Below are positions 1-12,465 of a DNA stretch of 64,000 nucleotides, one piece after another (the stretch's first letter is position 1; each line of letters begins with the position of its first letter). Source of the stretch: Mobula hypostoma. Taxonomy: Eukaryota. The position numbers were made by a program, and so were the translations under genes. The stretch spans positions 14,880,001 to 14,944,000 of the forward strand of contig NC_086097.1 of NCBI RefSeq assembly GCF_963921235.1, written 5' to 3'. A model generated the notes under the pieces. The model was not told the DNA's origin. It searched no databases and saw only the letters and a program-made list of their open reading frames with translations.

Positions 1-249
1 AGCTTTCTTTCTGCCAATCCTGTTAAGAGAATTCTTACCAAATGTTTCATATTTTCTATACAGTATTTTCTCTTTTGGTAGTAATGTAAAGATCAGACTG
101 TATCCTGAGGAACTTTACATGGGGAAGTTAGAACATGAAATTAAAAAAAAACTCACAGAAGTTAGAAACCAGAGGTAGAAGTAGAAAATGCAGTAACATG
201 GTAATTCAGGTTGCATTAGAGGAAAGAGAAGCAAAGCTAATATTTCAGC

Positions 250-970
250 ATTAGCCAGAATACACTTCGAATATTGTGAGCAGTTTTGGGTCCCTTATCT
301 AAGAAAAGATATGTTGGCATTGTAGAGGGTATAGAGGATGTTCAAGGTAATGATTCAGGAAATGAAAGGGTTGACGTGTAAAGAGTGTTTGATGGCTTTG
401 GGCCTGTTCTTGCTGGAGTTTATTGAAAGGCCTCCATAGAGTAAACATGGACAGGATGATTCCTATAGTGGGGGAGTCCAGGACCAAAGAGCACATCCTT
501 AGAGTACAGAACTTTTCATTTAGAACAGAGATGAGGAAGAATTTCTTCGCAAACAACAGGAATTCTGTAGATGCTGGAAATTCAAGCAACACACATCAAA
601 GTTGCTGGTGAATGCAGCAGGCCAGGCAGCATTTCTAGGAAGAGGTACAGTCGACGTTTCAGGACTAGACCCTTCGTCTAGTCCTGACAAAGGGTCTCGG
701 CCTGAAACGTCGACTGTACCTCTTCCGAGAGACGCTGCCTGGCCTGCTGCGTTCACCAGCAACTTTGAAGAATTTCTTCAGTCAGGGTGGTGAATCGGTA
801 GAATTCATTGCCACAGACAGCTGTGGAAGTCAAGTCATTGGAGATTGATAGGTTTTTGATTAGTCAGAACGTCAAAGGTTATGAGGACGATGGATCAGGC
901 ATTATGGAATGGCAGAGCAGACTCAATGGGCTGAATAGCATAATTCTGCCCTATGTTTTATGGTCTTATA
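250..970 (+). mobile_element. CR1-type LINE 3' fragment (RT C-terminus and tail), interrupted at 549-766
   Basis: Decayed 'PxLEYCEQFWVPYLRKDMLALxRV...KGLHRVNMDRMIPIVGESRT' coding remnant, followed by a CR1-type tail. Confidence 0.85.
549..766. mobile_element. Fold-back Penelope-like 3'-end insertion with 13-bp TSD
   Basis: Inverted arms at about 596-680 and 681-768. TSD GAAGAATTTCTTC at 536-548 and 767-779. Hammerhead-like motif on both arms, both damaged. Confidence 0.85.
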
Positions 971-3232
971 AGAATAAATGGGGAAAGGGAAAAAATGTTT
1001 TTTTTTAACTATGGTTTGAGACTCTGATGACTTGGGACCAACATCAATATCAGAGAGATTGGTATTTACTTGTTTACCTTATATTTTCAGATTAACACAT
1101 TTTATAATTTGGAAGAACACTACCCTTCACTCACAGTCAGGAATTACCTATCAAGTGTACTGCTCCATGCTGCATAATAATGTAGCACAGAAAGACCATC
1201 TGACAGTGCCCTCCACGTCCCTTCAGTTAAACTGTCCTGTATCTGTACCTGACTTGACACACGCCTTTTAAAGCAATTTGCCTGTATTCTCTTCACTGCA
1301 TAATAAGACATTAAAAGTTTTAAAGCCTCATTGGCACGTGCAAGACTCTGAAGGGGCTTTGGAAGATGGATGTTTTGAGAACATTCCCTTGGGTGGGAAT
1401 TTTGAAATATGAACAAAGTTTTCAGGACCACTTAAATGTGAGGAGGAATTTGTTCTCTGAGAGCTGTAAGACTGTGGAATTTACTATGCAAACGAGCTGT
1501 GAATGTGAAGTCCTGAGATACTTTCAGGATAGAGTTGGATAATTGAAGACTGCAGAGGAATCAAGGGTTATGGGTGGGGAAAGGATTTGGTTAAAGATCA
1601 CATCAACCACGATGTTCCTGAGTGGCAAAGTAAGCTTATGTTCTTAAGCAGCAACTTAAGGTACTTGCAGCCGAATTCCACTAGGAGCAGCCATCCATTT
1701 ATGAGAAAGCTTCCCATTCAAGTTAATACTTGGTGCTACAATACACTACATTCTTAAAGTGACAAGGTTCGATAACTGACTCTCCCCCCCCCCCACCACC
1801 ACCTTTTGAAACAGAATACAACTACACAATGAAATTTAGGTTGTATGCAACAGTCTGCATTTATTTCTGCCCTAAAGATTTCCCCTTGGGCTGTGGTTTA
1901 CAAACTTAAACAAAAGATTCTGCAATGGAGAGGAGTCAAAAGACGGGAGTCATAAAATTGCAAATTAAATGAGTAGCAAATGGAAGATATATATTCTCAA
2001 AAACAAAGTGCACTCTAATCATCATCTTTGGAAGGTGAGTCTTCAGTTTAAAAAAAATCATTTGACAAAGCAATCACATTCATATATAAATGCAGCCATG
2101 ATTTCCTAAGGAGAAGCAAAGCCATTTAACTGAAAATACTGCCATCCTTTACCAATTCACTGTAATTGATATCCTTGGGTATTTTGAGAGTAGAAGTAGC
2201 TAACCCACACCTGTATACGACAAGTAGTTGACATTTTAATTAAAGCACACAGTATGCATGACACCTGTACTCGGTATTGGAAGATGGCGTGCAAACATTC
2301 AATTTGTGAAAATATTCCAAGACAGAAGCGTTGCTATGACCACACTCTATATCAGAAACTTAAAATTTGCCAAAATAAAAATACACACTCTCACCTGTCC
2401 TTAAAGGGTTAGGTGAACTATACTGACAAGTACATTATTAAAGAGTGTTTTGCAGAAATTACTAAAACTACAACATTCTCATTCAAAAAGAACAAATGGA
2501 GGAGAATAAATGAACAGTAGAATAAGAAGCCAGCAGCTAGCTCTTTACATTTCAATGTTCTACTATCTCCCAAAAATGGTTTGTCTGATTCTCAGAACAC
2601 AGTATAATTTTGCTCACAACAAAGATAAAACAACCGTCACCATCTCAAAACACGCAAATGTCTCAAAAAGATGCAAAGCTCAATGTTGCAAATCCACAAA
2701 TGCCTCCCAGGCAATGGTAATCAAAATGTTGGTTTGACCTACAAGTTTGTGTTTGATGTTCCAAGGGGCAATTATCCTATTTTCCAAAATTTTTGCCACA
2801 CTTGTTCAATTCAGACTGGTTCTGAACTTAAAAAGGTGAACCTGGCAAGAATCTGAATGAAATAAATTTTCAGTGGTTGGAAATTTAGTATGAAGAAAAG
2901 TTTTCAATCATTTGAACTAAAGTAGCTTAAAATGTTTGCAACAGTATTAGCTTTGATGACAATCATTGGTGCTTAAAGCAGTGTTTCAGAACTTCATTAC
3001 TTAATCTGCCCAAAGGCAATTTGCCCATAACATTACCCGATCCTGAACTTTATATCCAAAACTGCTCTACTCACAAATTGAGAGCCAGACTATGTTAAAC
3101 ACCAGATAATGACAATTCACATTATTGGAGGTGAAGGGAGTTGTGAAATTGAGAGAGGAAATTAAATGGGCAAATTATCAAAACCCCAAGGGTGAAAATC
3201 GAAACATTTACTTAAAGAATCAGTGTTATAAC

Positions 3233-4629
3233 TTTATTCAATGCAAACTTCGCTCTCTTTGTAACGTATTAGGAGTGAGAATTTATTCCCCCCTCCACAG
3301 TAGTCACTACAGTTTATTCACTTAATCTTAACCCATATAACCATGGCAGAAGCTATAGTATACAGGTGGAGTTAGCAAGGTTATCTAAAACAAAATGTAC
3401 AGCTTTGGTTACAATATGGGGTTACATTACCAACAACTTGGGGTACAAGTTGGCTGTAAGATGTAGGTGGGTGTCCTATGGCTAAGCTGGGCCTTCAGTT
3501 TTTGAAGGAAAATAAACGTCAGCTCCCACAGAATCCCCGTTTTTCATGTGGAATAAAACAATACCTGACGACCATCTGCCCTCAATCCTTTTTTTGGAGT
3601 GGAGATAGATCTGTGCGAGGGATTCACACACATGGCACCAACTTTCTCATGGGAACTAAATGCCAGACCAGTTTGAACTGTCATAGATTGGAACAGAAAA
3701 TATCAGCCAAAATTCTCTTAAGTGTTTGCAGATGACACTGGTGCCAAACCCATGAACCGATCAACATTATCAAAGGCTCTAGAGTTTTCATGGATTCCCG
3801 AGTTCTTTAGCTGTGGTTATAAATGGTCTTAGTTTGCCCAGTCAGAAAGATGAACTTCTCTGCAAGTCATACTTAAGAACTCGATGTCAGCCTCATCTTG
3901 TGGTAATGTTTAATGATTACAATATGCCTGAAGCAAACATGATATTCCTAGCAGGCATATGGAACCATGACATTCAGTCCGCAACACACAAGTTGGTTAA
4001 TCATTCACCATTGATATTCTTTTGGAAAAAAAAACTAGAAATAACAACCATCTGATTTAAAACATTCAACAAAGCCATGTGATCACAGTGGATGGGCTGC
4101 AGTGCATGTAATTCCACAATCTAACTGAAATCTTGTAAATGTAAAAACAGGATATAACTATTGTGTTTAAAAGCATTACATTAGACCACCAAGTGCACCA
4201 AACAGCAGGCACATGGTATTAAATGAACAAGCATTGTTTTTCCACCAGCTTTTCATGATTGCTTTTCAATTGACTGGCAATGTTTCTTTGCTCTAAAAAA
4301 GTCTCTTAAAAACAAATCTTAAATCCTTAACTTTTGATGCTGAAAATGCACTTGAAACGATTCAAACTCCTCCCTGCATTCTGCACCCAAGGTTGAGAAG
4401 AAACACAACAGTGGGCAGAATCTAATTTAAGACCACTTCTTTTAAATGAACTATAATTTGACCAGGAAGTATGTTCTCATGACAAGCCACTTCAGCTCCA
4501 CCTCTTCTCACCTTAAAAAGACATGATCAAATATGCTGCATTGTCAGCTAGTGTAACGTTAGGAGTTCCCATCTGCACTTCACACTGGCAATGAGGACCA
4601 GACTCTCCTATTTTGATTGTTCTTCCGTT
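3233..4629 (-). other. SETD3: Probable SETD3 3' UTR with clustered polyadenylation signals
   Basis: Repeat-free AT-rich sequence after the stop codon. AATAAA on the minus strand (tttatt on +) at 3313-3318, 3282-3287 and 3233-3238, with another at 1860-1865. The true transcript end cannot be determined. Confidence 0.5.
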
Positions 4630-5082
4630 TCAGCTTTCATTATATTCAATCTTTTCTGCAGTAGTCTCTTTGGCATTTCCATTCTCTTTGGCATTGTTCT
4701 CTTGTTTACCGTTCTCATGACATTCAGGATCAGTGTGGTTGGGAAAAGTGTTCTCTCCGTTCAACATTCCCTCCTCTCCTGCAATCCCGTCATCCAGTAC
4801 TTCTGTTAACTTCAACTCATGGTCGCCTTCATCGTCACTGTTTAGATTTCTCAGGATGAGTGGAATTTTCGAGTCTGTGACAGTGTTCCCTAGCATGGCT
4901 ATGTTACTTTCCTCGTATTTGGGAAGGGGTGCGCTCTTGTTCCGGAGTTCCGTAAAGTGCTCACGCTTCATAGCAGCGCTCTGCACTGCTTTTTCCAAGA
5001 TCTCCTTCTCTGCTGTACGGAGCTGGATTGCCATCTTACTGTGGTACGACAGCTCTGGCTTTTCAAGCAATGACTTATCATC
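4630..5082 (-). CDS. SETD3: SETD3 last coding exon (453 bp including TGA), DDKSLLEKPELSYHSKMAIQLRTAEKEILEKAV...APLPKYEES...EKIEYNES*
   Basis: ORF 4630..5070 extended to the TTTTAG acceptor at 5083-5088. KMAIxLRxxEKEILEKAV, APLPKYEES and NGEN motifs match the SETD3 C-terminus. Confidence 0.97.
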   Translation of the reverse strand, partial: DDKSLLEKPELSYHSKMAIQLRTAEKEILEKAVQSAAMKREHFTELRNKSAPLPKYEESNIAMLGNTVTDSKIPLILRNLNSDDEGDHELKLTEVLDDGIAGEEGMLNGENTFPNHTDPECHENGKQENNAKENGNAKETTAEKIEYNES

Positions 5083-5232
5083 CTAAAATCAGAGAAACAG
5101 AGATAAGAGGAAGAGTATAAAGAGGGTGATTCGAAAAGAATAATGTTCATTTCCATTTGAAAAGGTTTAGATTTACATTTACCTGGAGACACTTACAGAG
5201 AACAATATATAGCACAGTCAGGCCCTTTGGCC

Positions 5233-5669
5233 TGTTAGGGCATATTCTGGAGTAATGGTATAGAGCAAAGACTACTTTTAACAGCAGCCAGTCTTCAAAC
5301 CTGATTGTGGATTGCAGATTGAATTTAAAATGCAGCCCTGAACAATAGTATTCCTGGAGCTGCAGACTGGAGTTGACTGCAAACCAGACAATGCCGATTG
5401 ATATTCATTTTGACTGCCCGGCGTGTAGGTGTGAAGAAGGTGGTGTGAAAATTATATATAATTCAAAGGAAGCATTATAGATACATTGTAACTATAGAAA
5501 TGTCTTTGAGCTTTAGCATATAAAATGCCATGTAATATTGGGTCGAAAAGGCCTCTTCTTCCAAGAGTGTCTGGAGTTATGATGCCTGCTGCTTGTTTTC
5601 ATTGAATAAACACTTTTATATCTACTAGCTTCAGTGTCTCTTCGGTGACTTTGTTCACATCACAATACA
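5233..5669 (+). mobile_element. Probable solo LTR
   Basis: TG...CA ends, TATAAAA at 5519-5525, AATAAA at 5605-5610. It splits a CR1 tail motif (caggccctttggcc | cacaacgttg). No clean TSD. Confidence 0.55.
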
Positions 5670-5689
5670 ACCCACAACGTTGCACGCAT

Positions 5690-5970
5690 TTATTGAGCTA
5701 CGGTGTGGAACAGGGTCTTCCGGCCCTTCAGCCACACCACACCACACCACCCAGCAATCCTCCAATTTAATCGGAGCTTAATCAGGGGACAACTTACAAT
5801 GACCAATTAATTTACCAACCGATACGTCTGCGGACTGTGGGAATAAACTGGAGCACCCAGAGGAAACTCACGCAGTCACGGGGAGAACGTACAAACTCCT
5901 TACGTTATTGGGAATTGAACACAGATTGCCTGTACTGTAAAGCGCTGTGCTAACCACTACTATGCTGCCC
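5690..5970 (-). mobile_element. tRNA-derived V-SINE (HE1-like)
   Basis: The reverse complement shows A/B-box-like head, V-domain (ggagtttgtacgttctccccgtgactgcgtgagtttcctctgggtgctccag) and a CR1-like tail. Confidence 0.8.
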
Positions 5971-5984
5971 CCTACCCCAAGATC

Positions 5985-6665
5985 ATTCTAACCCTTCCCT
6001 CCCACATAAGCACATGGTTGAAAGAAAAATAGAGGGCTATCTCTGAGTCTCCTAAATGTCCCTGCCTCTAACATTTCACACACCCACCAACCTTTGACAT
6101 CCTGCTGACTCTTTCGCCCAGTCACCCTAAAACTGTGCCTTCCTGTATTAGCGACTGCTGTACTGGGAAAAAGGCACTGGCTGTCCACCCTTTCTATGCC
6201 TCTTATCATCTTATAAATCTTTTATCAAGTCACCTCGCATCCACCTCTGCTCCAAAAGAAAGTTGATAAATTTTAATTCCCTTTAGAACGTAGAACATAG
6301 AAATCTACCGCACATTACAGGCCCTTCAGCCCACAATGTTGTCCCGGCCATGTAACCTACTCTTGAAACTGCTTGGAATTACCTACCACATAGACTTCTA
6401 TTTTTAGACACTCTGTTTAAAACTCCATTTACCCATCTAAGAGTTTATTTAAAAACCCTATTGTATCCGCCTCTACCACTGTCACTGGTAGTGCGTTCTA
6501 TGCACTCACAACTCTCTGTGTGAAAAACTTACCTCTGACATCCCCCTTGTACCTACTGCCAAGCACCTTAAAACCATGCCCCCTCATGTTAGATATTTCA
6601 GCCCTGGGAAAAAGCTTCTGGCTATCCACACATTCAATACCTCTCATCATCTCATACACCTTATA
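5985..6665 (-). mobile_element. Two tandem CR1 3' fragments
   Basis: ORFs 5988..6209 and 6498..6734 (VYEMMRGIECVDSQKLFPRAEISNMRGHGFKV...KFFTQRVVSA) and a short-repeat tail near 6285. Confidence 0.85.
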
Positions 6666-7592
6666 GGACAAAGAAAATGGCTGCTTCAACAGTACTAACA
6701 GAAAATCAAGAACAGGTGTGACGATCATCTGCAATTAATGTAGCACATTGGTATGGCAGGCAGTAAACCTGTCTCCAGTGACCTGGGTTTAATTCTGACC
6801 TCCTTGTGGAGTTTTCTTGCTCTCTCTGTGACTGCGTGGGTTCCCAGGGGCGCACCAGCTTTTCACAACAATGGTCATTAGGTTAATTAACTATTTTATA
6901 TTCATCCTAATGTAGGAGAGCAATATTAATGGGCACGAGAGGGAATACATTGTCGGTGACATGCTAAGGGCCTGTTTCTGTGCTGTAGTGTTCTATGACT
7001 CTGAGCTGGCATTGACTTGAAAACCCTCCTACGTCATGAGAAAATACAAAATAAAATGTTTGAAAAGCACATCAAAGGGGAGATTTTCTAAGAAAGTCTG
7101 AAAGGATTGCCTTTGACAACTTGGACAAGGAATTAGGCTTGAAGGAGATCCCTATTCCGAAAGCAGAAATGATGTAGAGCAGTTAAGGATTTATTCCACA
7201 GCTTAAGGCCTTGGCAGAAGCAGGCACAGCTGCCAAAAGTCAGAGAAAGGAAATTAAAGTAGCACAAGAAACCTGAATTGACATCTGCAGAGATCTGAAG
7301 GGCCGGAGATGGCAGTGAAGAAGGTAAGGATGAAGGGATTTGAATACGAAAAGCATTTTAAAATCCAGATGCGGCTACAATAAGGATCCAATGGTGACCA
7401 GCCAGCAAGACTACAATGGATGAAAGAAAATTAGTAAGAATGAAAATATGGTACCAGTTTTGGGAGAGTGCAAGTTTTCAGTGGAAACAGAACGGGAGGC
7501 CAATTGGTCGGGCAGTGGATAGTGGGGACTAGCGGAAACACAGAGAAGGTTGAAGGTTTCAGCAGTAGAGTACAAAGAGAAACAACTTCGGT

Positions 7593-7618
7593 GAGAGAGA
7601 GAGAGAGAGAGAGAGAGA
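7593..7618. repeat. (GA)n microsatellite
   Basis: Read directly from the sequence. Confidence 0.95.
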
Positions 7619-8164
7619 ATAGTAACCAGCAGAAACACATTTCAAATAACTTTTAGTAAATGAAGAAGAGTAATTTAAACAGGGAGATGACAAGATCTGT
7701 TTAGGACAGCATAGTGATGCAGCAGTGACTTGGACTGTCTGCAGCAGAGCATGCATGTTTTTCTCCGCGGGTTTCCTTTAGCTGCTCCAGTTTGTTCTCA
7801 TTTCCCAAAGAGATGCTGACAAATTAAATGGCTAAACTACTTGCCTAGGCCTAGGGTTATGTAGGTGGAGAAGGATCTGCAGGAAAAAATTGGTGACATG
7901 GAAATAAGTTAAGATTGAAGATTCAAAGTACATTTATTATCAAAGAATCTATAAATTATACAACCTTGAGATTTGTTTGCTTACAGGCAGTTGCAAACCC
8001 AAAAGAACCCAATTTAAAAATATAAAAGACCAACATCCAGTGTGCAGAGAGAGAGAAAAAAAAACAAATCATGCAAAAAATGGAAGCGAGCAACAACAAT
8101 ATTCTGAACCAAACTGAGTCCTTTATTCAAATCCCCATATAGCAGGGCAGATTGCTGCAAAGTT

Positions 8165-8340
8165 CACAGGACAATTTACAATAACCAATTAACCTGCTAA
8201 CCAGTGACTGTGGGAGGAAACCGGAGCCCTGAGGGAAATGGGGAGAACGTACAAACTCCTTACAGGAAGGGGTGGGAATTGAACCCAGGTTGCCTGTACT
8301 GCCAAACATTGTGCTAACCACTATGCTACCGTGCCACCCC
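8165..8340 (-). mobile_element. V-SINE (HE1-like)
   Basis: Head gggtggcacggtagcatagtggttagc...gggttcaattccc and V-domain on the minus strand. Confidence 0.8.
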
Positions 8341-8464
8341 GATGACAAAAGACTTGGATAGAGTGGATAGTGGGCATCAGAGGAAGTACAAAGTTAAGAT
8401 TTCAGCATCAGAGAGCAAAGAGTGAGAGAGAGGATGGCAACCTGCAGAAACACATTTAAAATTT

Positions 8465-8822
8465 GTTTGTTCATTATGCGCCCTGTTGAATAACTTGGGT
8501 GATCATGGTCTTTCCATAACCATGACTGTTCTTGGAAATTTGTCTACAGAAGTGGCTTGTTGTTGCCTTCTCCTAGGCCGTGTCTTTACAAGATGGGTGA
8601 CTTCAGCCATTATTAATACCCTTCAGAGATTGCTTGCCTGGCATCAGTGGTCACACAACCGTGACTTGTGATATGAGAAGCTGGTGCATACGACCATCCA
8701 CCACTTGCTCCCATGGCTTCATGTGACCCTGATCGTGGGGCTAGCAAGTGCCCAAGGGTGACCTGCAGGCTAGCAGATGGAAGGAACGCCTTACACCTCC
8801 TTTTGTAGAGACCCATCTCGAC
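8465..8822 (-). mobile_element. RTE-related non-autonomous SINE-like element, copy 1
   Basis: Same ~350-bp family as 35311-35646, 45460-45810 and 60160-60490. Its 3' end resembles the tail of the RTE LINE at 15930-15974. Confidence 0.75.
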
Positions 8823-9274
8823 GTGAATACCCATACATTTAAAATAACTTTGAAGAAGTGAGGAAGAGCAATTTAAATGGCGAACTGACACAGTGTGCCT
8901 AGGGCAGCACAGTGATGCAGCAGTTAATGCTGCTGTTGTAAGTTAGCGACTTTTTCCTAGGTTTGGAGGAAAGTATGGGGGGGCCGTCAGGAGTAGGTTT
9001 TTTTTGCACACAGGTAACATCCTGCTGGGAATGGTGGCAGAGGCAGATAAATTAAGGACATTTAAGAGGTATATGGATGAAAGAAGAATGGAGGGCTATG
9101 TGGCATGGAAGCATTAGATCGATCTCGGAGTAATTTAAAAGGTTGACATAACATTGTGGGCTGTAGGGCCTGTACTGTTCTATCTTCCATGTTCTTTAGG
9201 CAAGGCAAAAACACTTTGATCATTACACTTATCTTATCACTTGCAAATTTCATTCTGCTTTTCACAGAACTTAC

Positions 9275-9435
9275 CTCAGTGGTAGTTTTATATGTTTTTA
9301 ACAGGAGTGCAGCCCTGGTTTCAAGAAAGGTCCACAGTTTAATTTCATTATCCCAGCTTACGGGGAAATCAGAGTTTCCCAAGGTGAAGATCTTATCGAT
9401 TACATGCTCTCGAACAAGATGTTCTTTCAATTCAT
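9275..9435 (-). CDS. SETD3: SETD3 coding exon (161 bp), DELKEHLVREHVIDKIFTLGNSDFPVSWDNEIKLWTFLETRAALLLKTYKTTTE (Rubisco-LSMT substrate-binding domain)
   Basis: Inside ORF 9062..9454. Acceptor TTGCAG, donor GTAAGT. Confidence 0.98.
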
Positions 9436-9899
9436 CTGCAATTAAACAAATCATGTTTAAAGTACATTCAAACTAAGATAGATCAAAATCCTAGAGGCAC
9501 TAATTCAGCATAAGGATTACTTGGGCCGATTATATTCTGAGCAAGAAAACAGTAACACAGTTGGATTTTCATTATTTCTTGCTCCTTCCAACATTCCGCA
9601 ACTAGTAGAGCACCATCTCATTTCTGAGGTTTGTAGTAGTTACAATTGGGGGCACAGAGCTTGACTTGTTCCTGGATTTTCTCTTTTACAACTGACTATT
9701 CAGCTGAGGAAGCAGAGTTACCTTCTGTCCATTTAAATCAATATTCCTTTTCAGTCTTATGGAAGGGTTCCACACCTTCTTCCCAGTGTGCTCTGCAGAC
9801 TCGATCACAAATACAGTCAAAACTCCCCAGCGGCTCACTGGCAGCATCAGGGTTATGGGTTGTGTAGGAGGGAAGAGTTAGATTGACCATGGAGGATGA

Positions 9900-10137
9900 C
9901 TACATAGCCAGAGGTAGTGAATCTGTGGAACTCGTTGGCACTGATAGTTCTGGAGGCCAAGTCATTGGGTATACTTAAAGCAGACATTGATAGGTTCTTG
10001 ATTAGTATGGACATCAAAGGTTACAGGGAGAAGGCAGGAGAAATGGGGTTGAGAGGGATAATAAATCAGCCATGATGGAATGGTGGAGCAGACACAATGG
10101 GTTAAATGGCCTAATTCTGCTCTATGTCTTATGGTTT
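9900..10137 (+). mobile_element. CR1 3' fragment
   Basis: 'QRVVNLWNSL...EAKSLGILKADIDRFL' remnant plus tail. Confidence 0.8.
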
Positions 10138-10694
10138 GAGGGGGCAATGATAGGGAGACAGCACTCTCCGCAACATTTATCCCCAAACATTAAATAAATC
10201 CCTGATATTCGGGACATCATTGCTATTGGCAAGTCCACACAATGGGAAATCTGGCTGCACACTATGGCAATACTACAGTAATTACAATTCAAAGGTGCTT
10301 CAACAAATACCAACTTTGGAATCTTTCATTCCGTTAGTTATCAACAACAAAGATGAAACTTAACCGAAGGACCACATGACAATAACGGAATAGGCAGCCT
10401 GTTGAAAGGTTCTACTCCTCCAAAGGTCAAGTGCAATCCACTTTACTTGAGATCAGATCCCTGTATGAAGTAATCATGAAATAAAAGATTCAAGGATCAC
10501 CAACTGCTCTTAATTTTTTTGAAAAAATACAATTAATCTTCTGAAATCACTGTGATTAATGATCTACCTTGCATTACAAAGGCAGGGTCAGAAAAAAAAG
10601 GCTGTATTTCACACAGCCTCATTTATTATGATGAGGGCTATAGCAGGCTTGAGGATCAGCACCTCATCTTCCATCTGGCTATTTACTTATACTT

Positions 10695-10920
10695 TTGAGA
10701 TAGAGCACAGCACCAAGCCCGTACCACCCAATTACACCCAGGTCACCAATTAACCTACTAACTCGTATGTATTTGGACCGTGGGAGAAAACCTGGAGGAA
10801 ACCCATGCAGTCATGGGAGAATGTACAAACCCCTTACAGAATATACAAACTCCTTATAATGTCACATTAACACCAGAACCCGGCAGGACCGAACCTGTGT
10901 TCCTGGCATTACACTACCGT
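10695..10920 (-). mobile_element. V-SINE (degenerate)
   Basis: Shares the accaattaacctactaa...ggaggaaaccca...gggagaatgtacaaac core with other copies. Confidence 0.7.
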
Positions 10921-10956
10921 GGTTGTTGCACCCGTCTGACTCAGTACTGAATTTTA

Positions 10957-11159
10957 AACAAAAGAAAATCTGCAGATGCTGGAAATCCAAAGCAACAGAG
11001 ACAAAATGATGGAGGAACTCAGCAGGTCAGGAGGTATTTATGGAAAAGAGTAAACAGTCGACATTTCTGGTCGAGACCCCTCATCAAAATTCATGACCGG
11101 TCCTGATGAAAGGTCTCGGCCCAAAATGTCTAATGTTTGCTTTTTCACATAGATGCTGC
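10957..11159. mobile_element. Fold-back Penelope-like 3'-end insertion with 15-bp TSD (1 mismatch)
   Basis: CAGTACTGAATTTTA at 10942-10956 versus CAGTTCTGAATTTTA at 11160-11174. Inverted arms around ~11090; degenerate CTGATGA...AAAATGTC motif. Confidence 0.75.
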
Positions 11160-11489
11160 CAGTTCTGAATTTTACAACTTCAGTTGCCCTGATTTCTTTG
11201 TCTGTATCAGAAGTCCATCAGAGGTTCCGCTTTTTTATCCTTTTTCACTTCCCCTTCCACCACACCCCTCCAGCACCCACCAACTCCCCCCCCTCCACCC
11301 CCTGGAAGTAGTGAATATGCCCAACCTGACCTGCCAAGATTTCCCACACTGCCTTCCACAATCCCTACAGCCTCTCTTGCCTACGTTCATAATCTCTAAT
11401 TCGGGAAAACAGCTGTCTCTCCTGCGGTTAGTTAAAAAACAATTTGAATGAGAATGTAGGGGTGGCATGTTTACTAAGTTTGCAGATGA

Positions 11490-11935
11490 TACCAGTAGCA
11501 TCATGAAGGATCCAACCCAACCTATTTATGGACAGTTTGCCCCGCCTCCCTCAGGGAGGAGGCGACATAGCATCCACACCAGGACCACCAGACTCAAAAA
11601 GAGATCCTTTCCCCAAGCAGTAGGGCTGATCAACACTTCCATCCACTAACCCATCCCTCCACACCTCCATTACCATATCATTTCCTGTCACGGTCACTTT
11701 ATGTACAGACACACCTGTGCCTAGCATCACTTTATGGACATACAATCAATCTACCTATACAAGGTATCTTATAAGTGTATTTACACAAGGTATTTATATT
11801 TATAGTGTTTTTTCATTGTTATTGTGCTCTTTATCTTGTTGTGTTTTTTTTTTGTACTGCTTCAGATCCAGAGTAACAATTATTTAGTTTTCCTTTCCAA
11901 CTGCGTACAGGAAATGACGGTAAACAATCTTGAAT
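11490..11935 (+). mobile_element. Rex1/Babar-like LINE 3' fragment
   Basis: 'SSIMKDPTQP...PSGRRRHSIHTRTTRLKKRSFPQAV' followed by a T-rich 3' UTR; same family as 14700-16090. Confidence 0.75.
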
Positions 11936-12244
11936 GGTGGTGTTGTGGACAGTGAAGAAGGTTGTTTAAGGTACAAGAGAATCTAGATCAACTGGTGGGG
12001 GGGATAAGGCGCAGTGATAAGATGGATTGTCACAGTCTTTTTCCAAGGGAAGGGAATTCTAAAATTCGAAGGCATAGGTTTAAGGTGAAAGGGTAAAGAT
12101 TTGGAGAGCTGAGTGGCAAGCTTCTCACACGAGCGTGGTGAGAAAAGAGAATCAGCTTCCAAAGGAAGTGGTAGAGGTGGGTACAATGACAAAATTTAAA
12201 ATACATGTTTCCATGCTGTACAACTCTATGCTCCCATTCACTCA

Positions 12245-12465
12245 TTCACAAGATAACCCTGTTTACAGGTTATCCCCATGGTAACCCCTGGTCTTACTCT
12301 ATCAGAGACATTCCCCTTCCCTCACCCTCCCTACATCTTAACAAACTTCCTTTCTCTCCTTCCCAGTTCTGACGAAGGTTCTTTGACTAGAAACAATACA
12401 TTTGCTTTGTCCTCCCACTGGTGCAGCCTGATCTGTGGAGGTTTTCAGGATTTTACTTTTGCTGT
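12245..12465 (+). mobile_element. Degenerate Penelope-like 3' end
   Basis: Pyrimidine-rich tract, then CTGACGA-AGGTTCTTTGACTA-GAAAC at 12369-12394 and a decayed downstream unit. Confidence 0.55.

Noticed and set aside
681..716. Hammerhead motifs in the 549-766 copy as active ribozymes
   Set aside because: The + arm reads CUGACAA (core G lost) and the minus arm lacks an intact CUGA. The copies at ~11100, ~20855, ~42280 and ~50655 are also damaged.
520..793. Near-identical 'MLVNAAGQAA...' ORFs on both strands here and at 13046-13382
   Set aside because: Artefact of the DNA palindrome; the sequence is a non-coding Penelope 3' end, not a gene family.
4591..5192. ORFs 4591..4809, 4733..5086 and 4968..5192
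   Set aside because: Antisense or alternate-frame shadows of the SETD3 last exon.
8270..8340. tRNA-like A/B boxes here and in other copies
   Set aside because: These are SINE heads followed by the V-domain; no complete cloverleaf.
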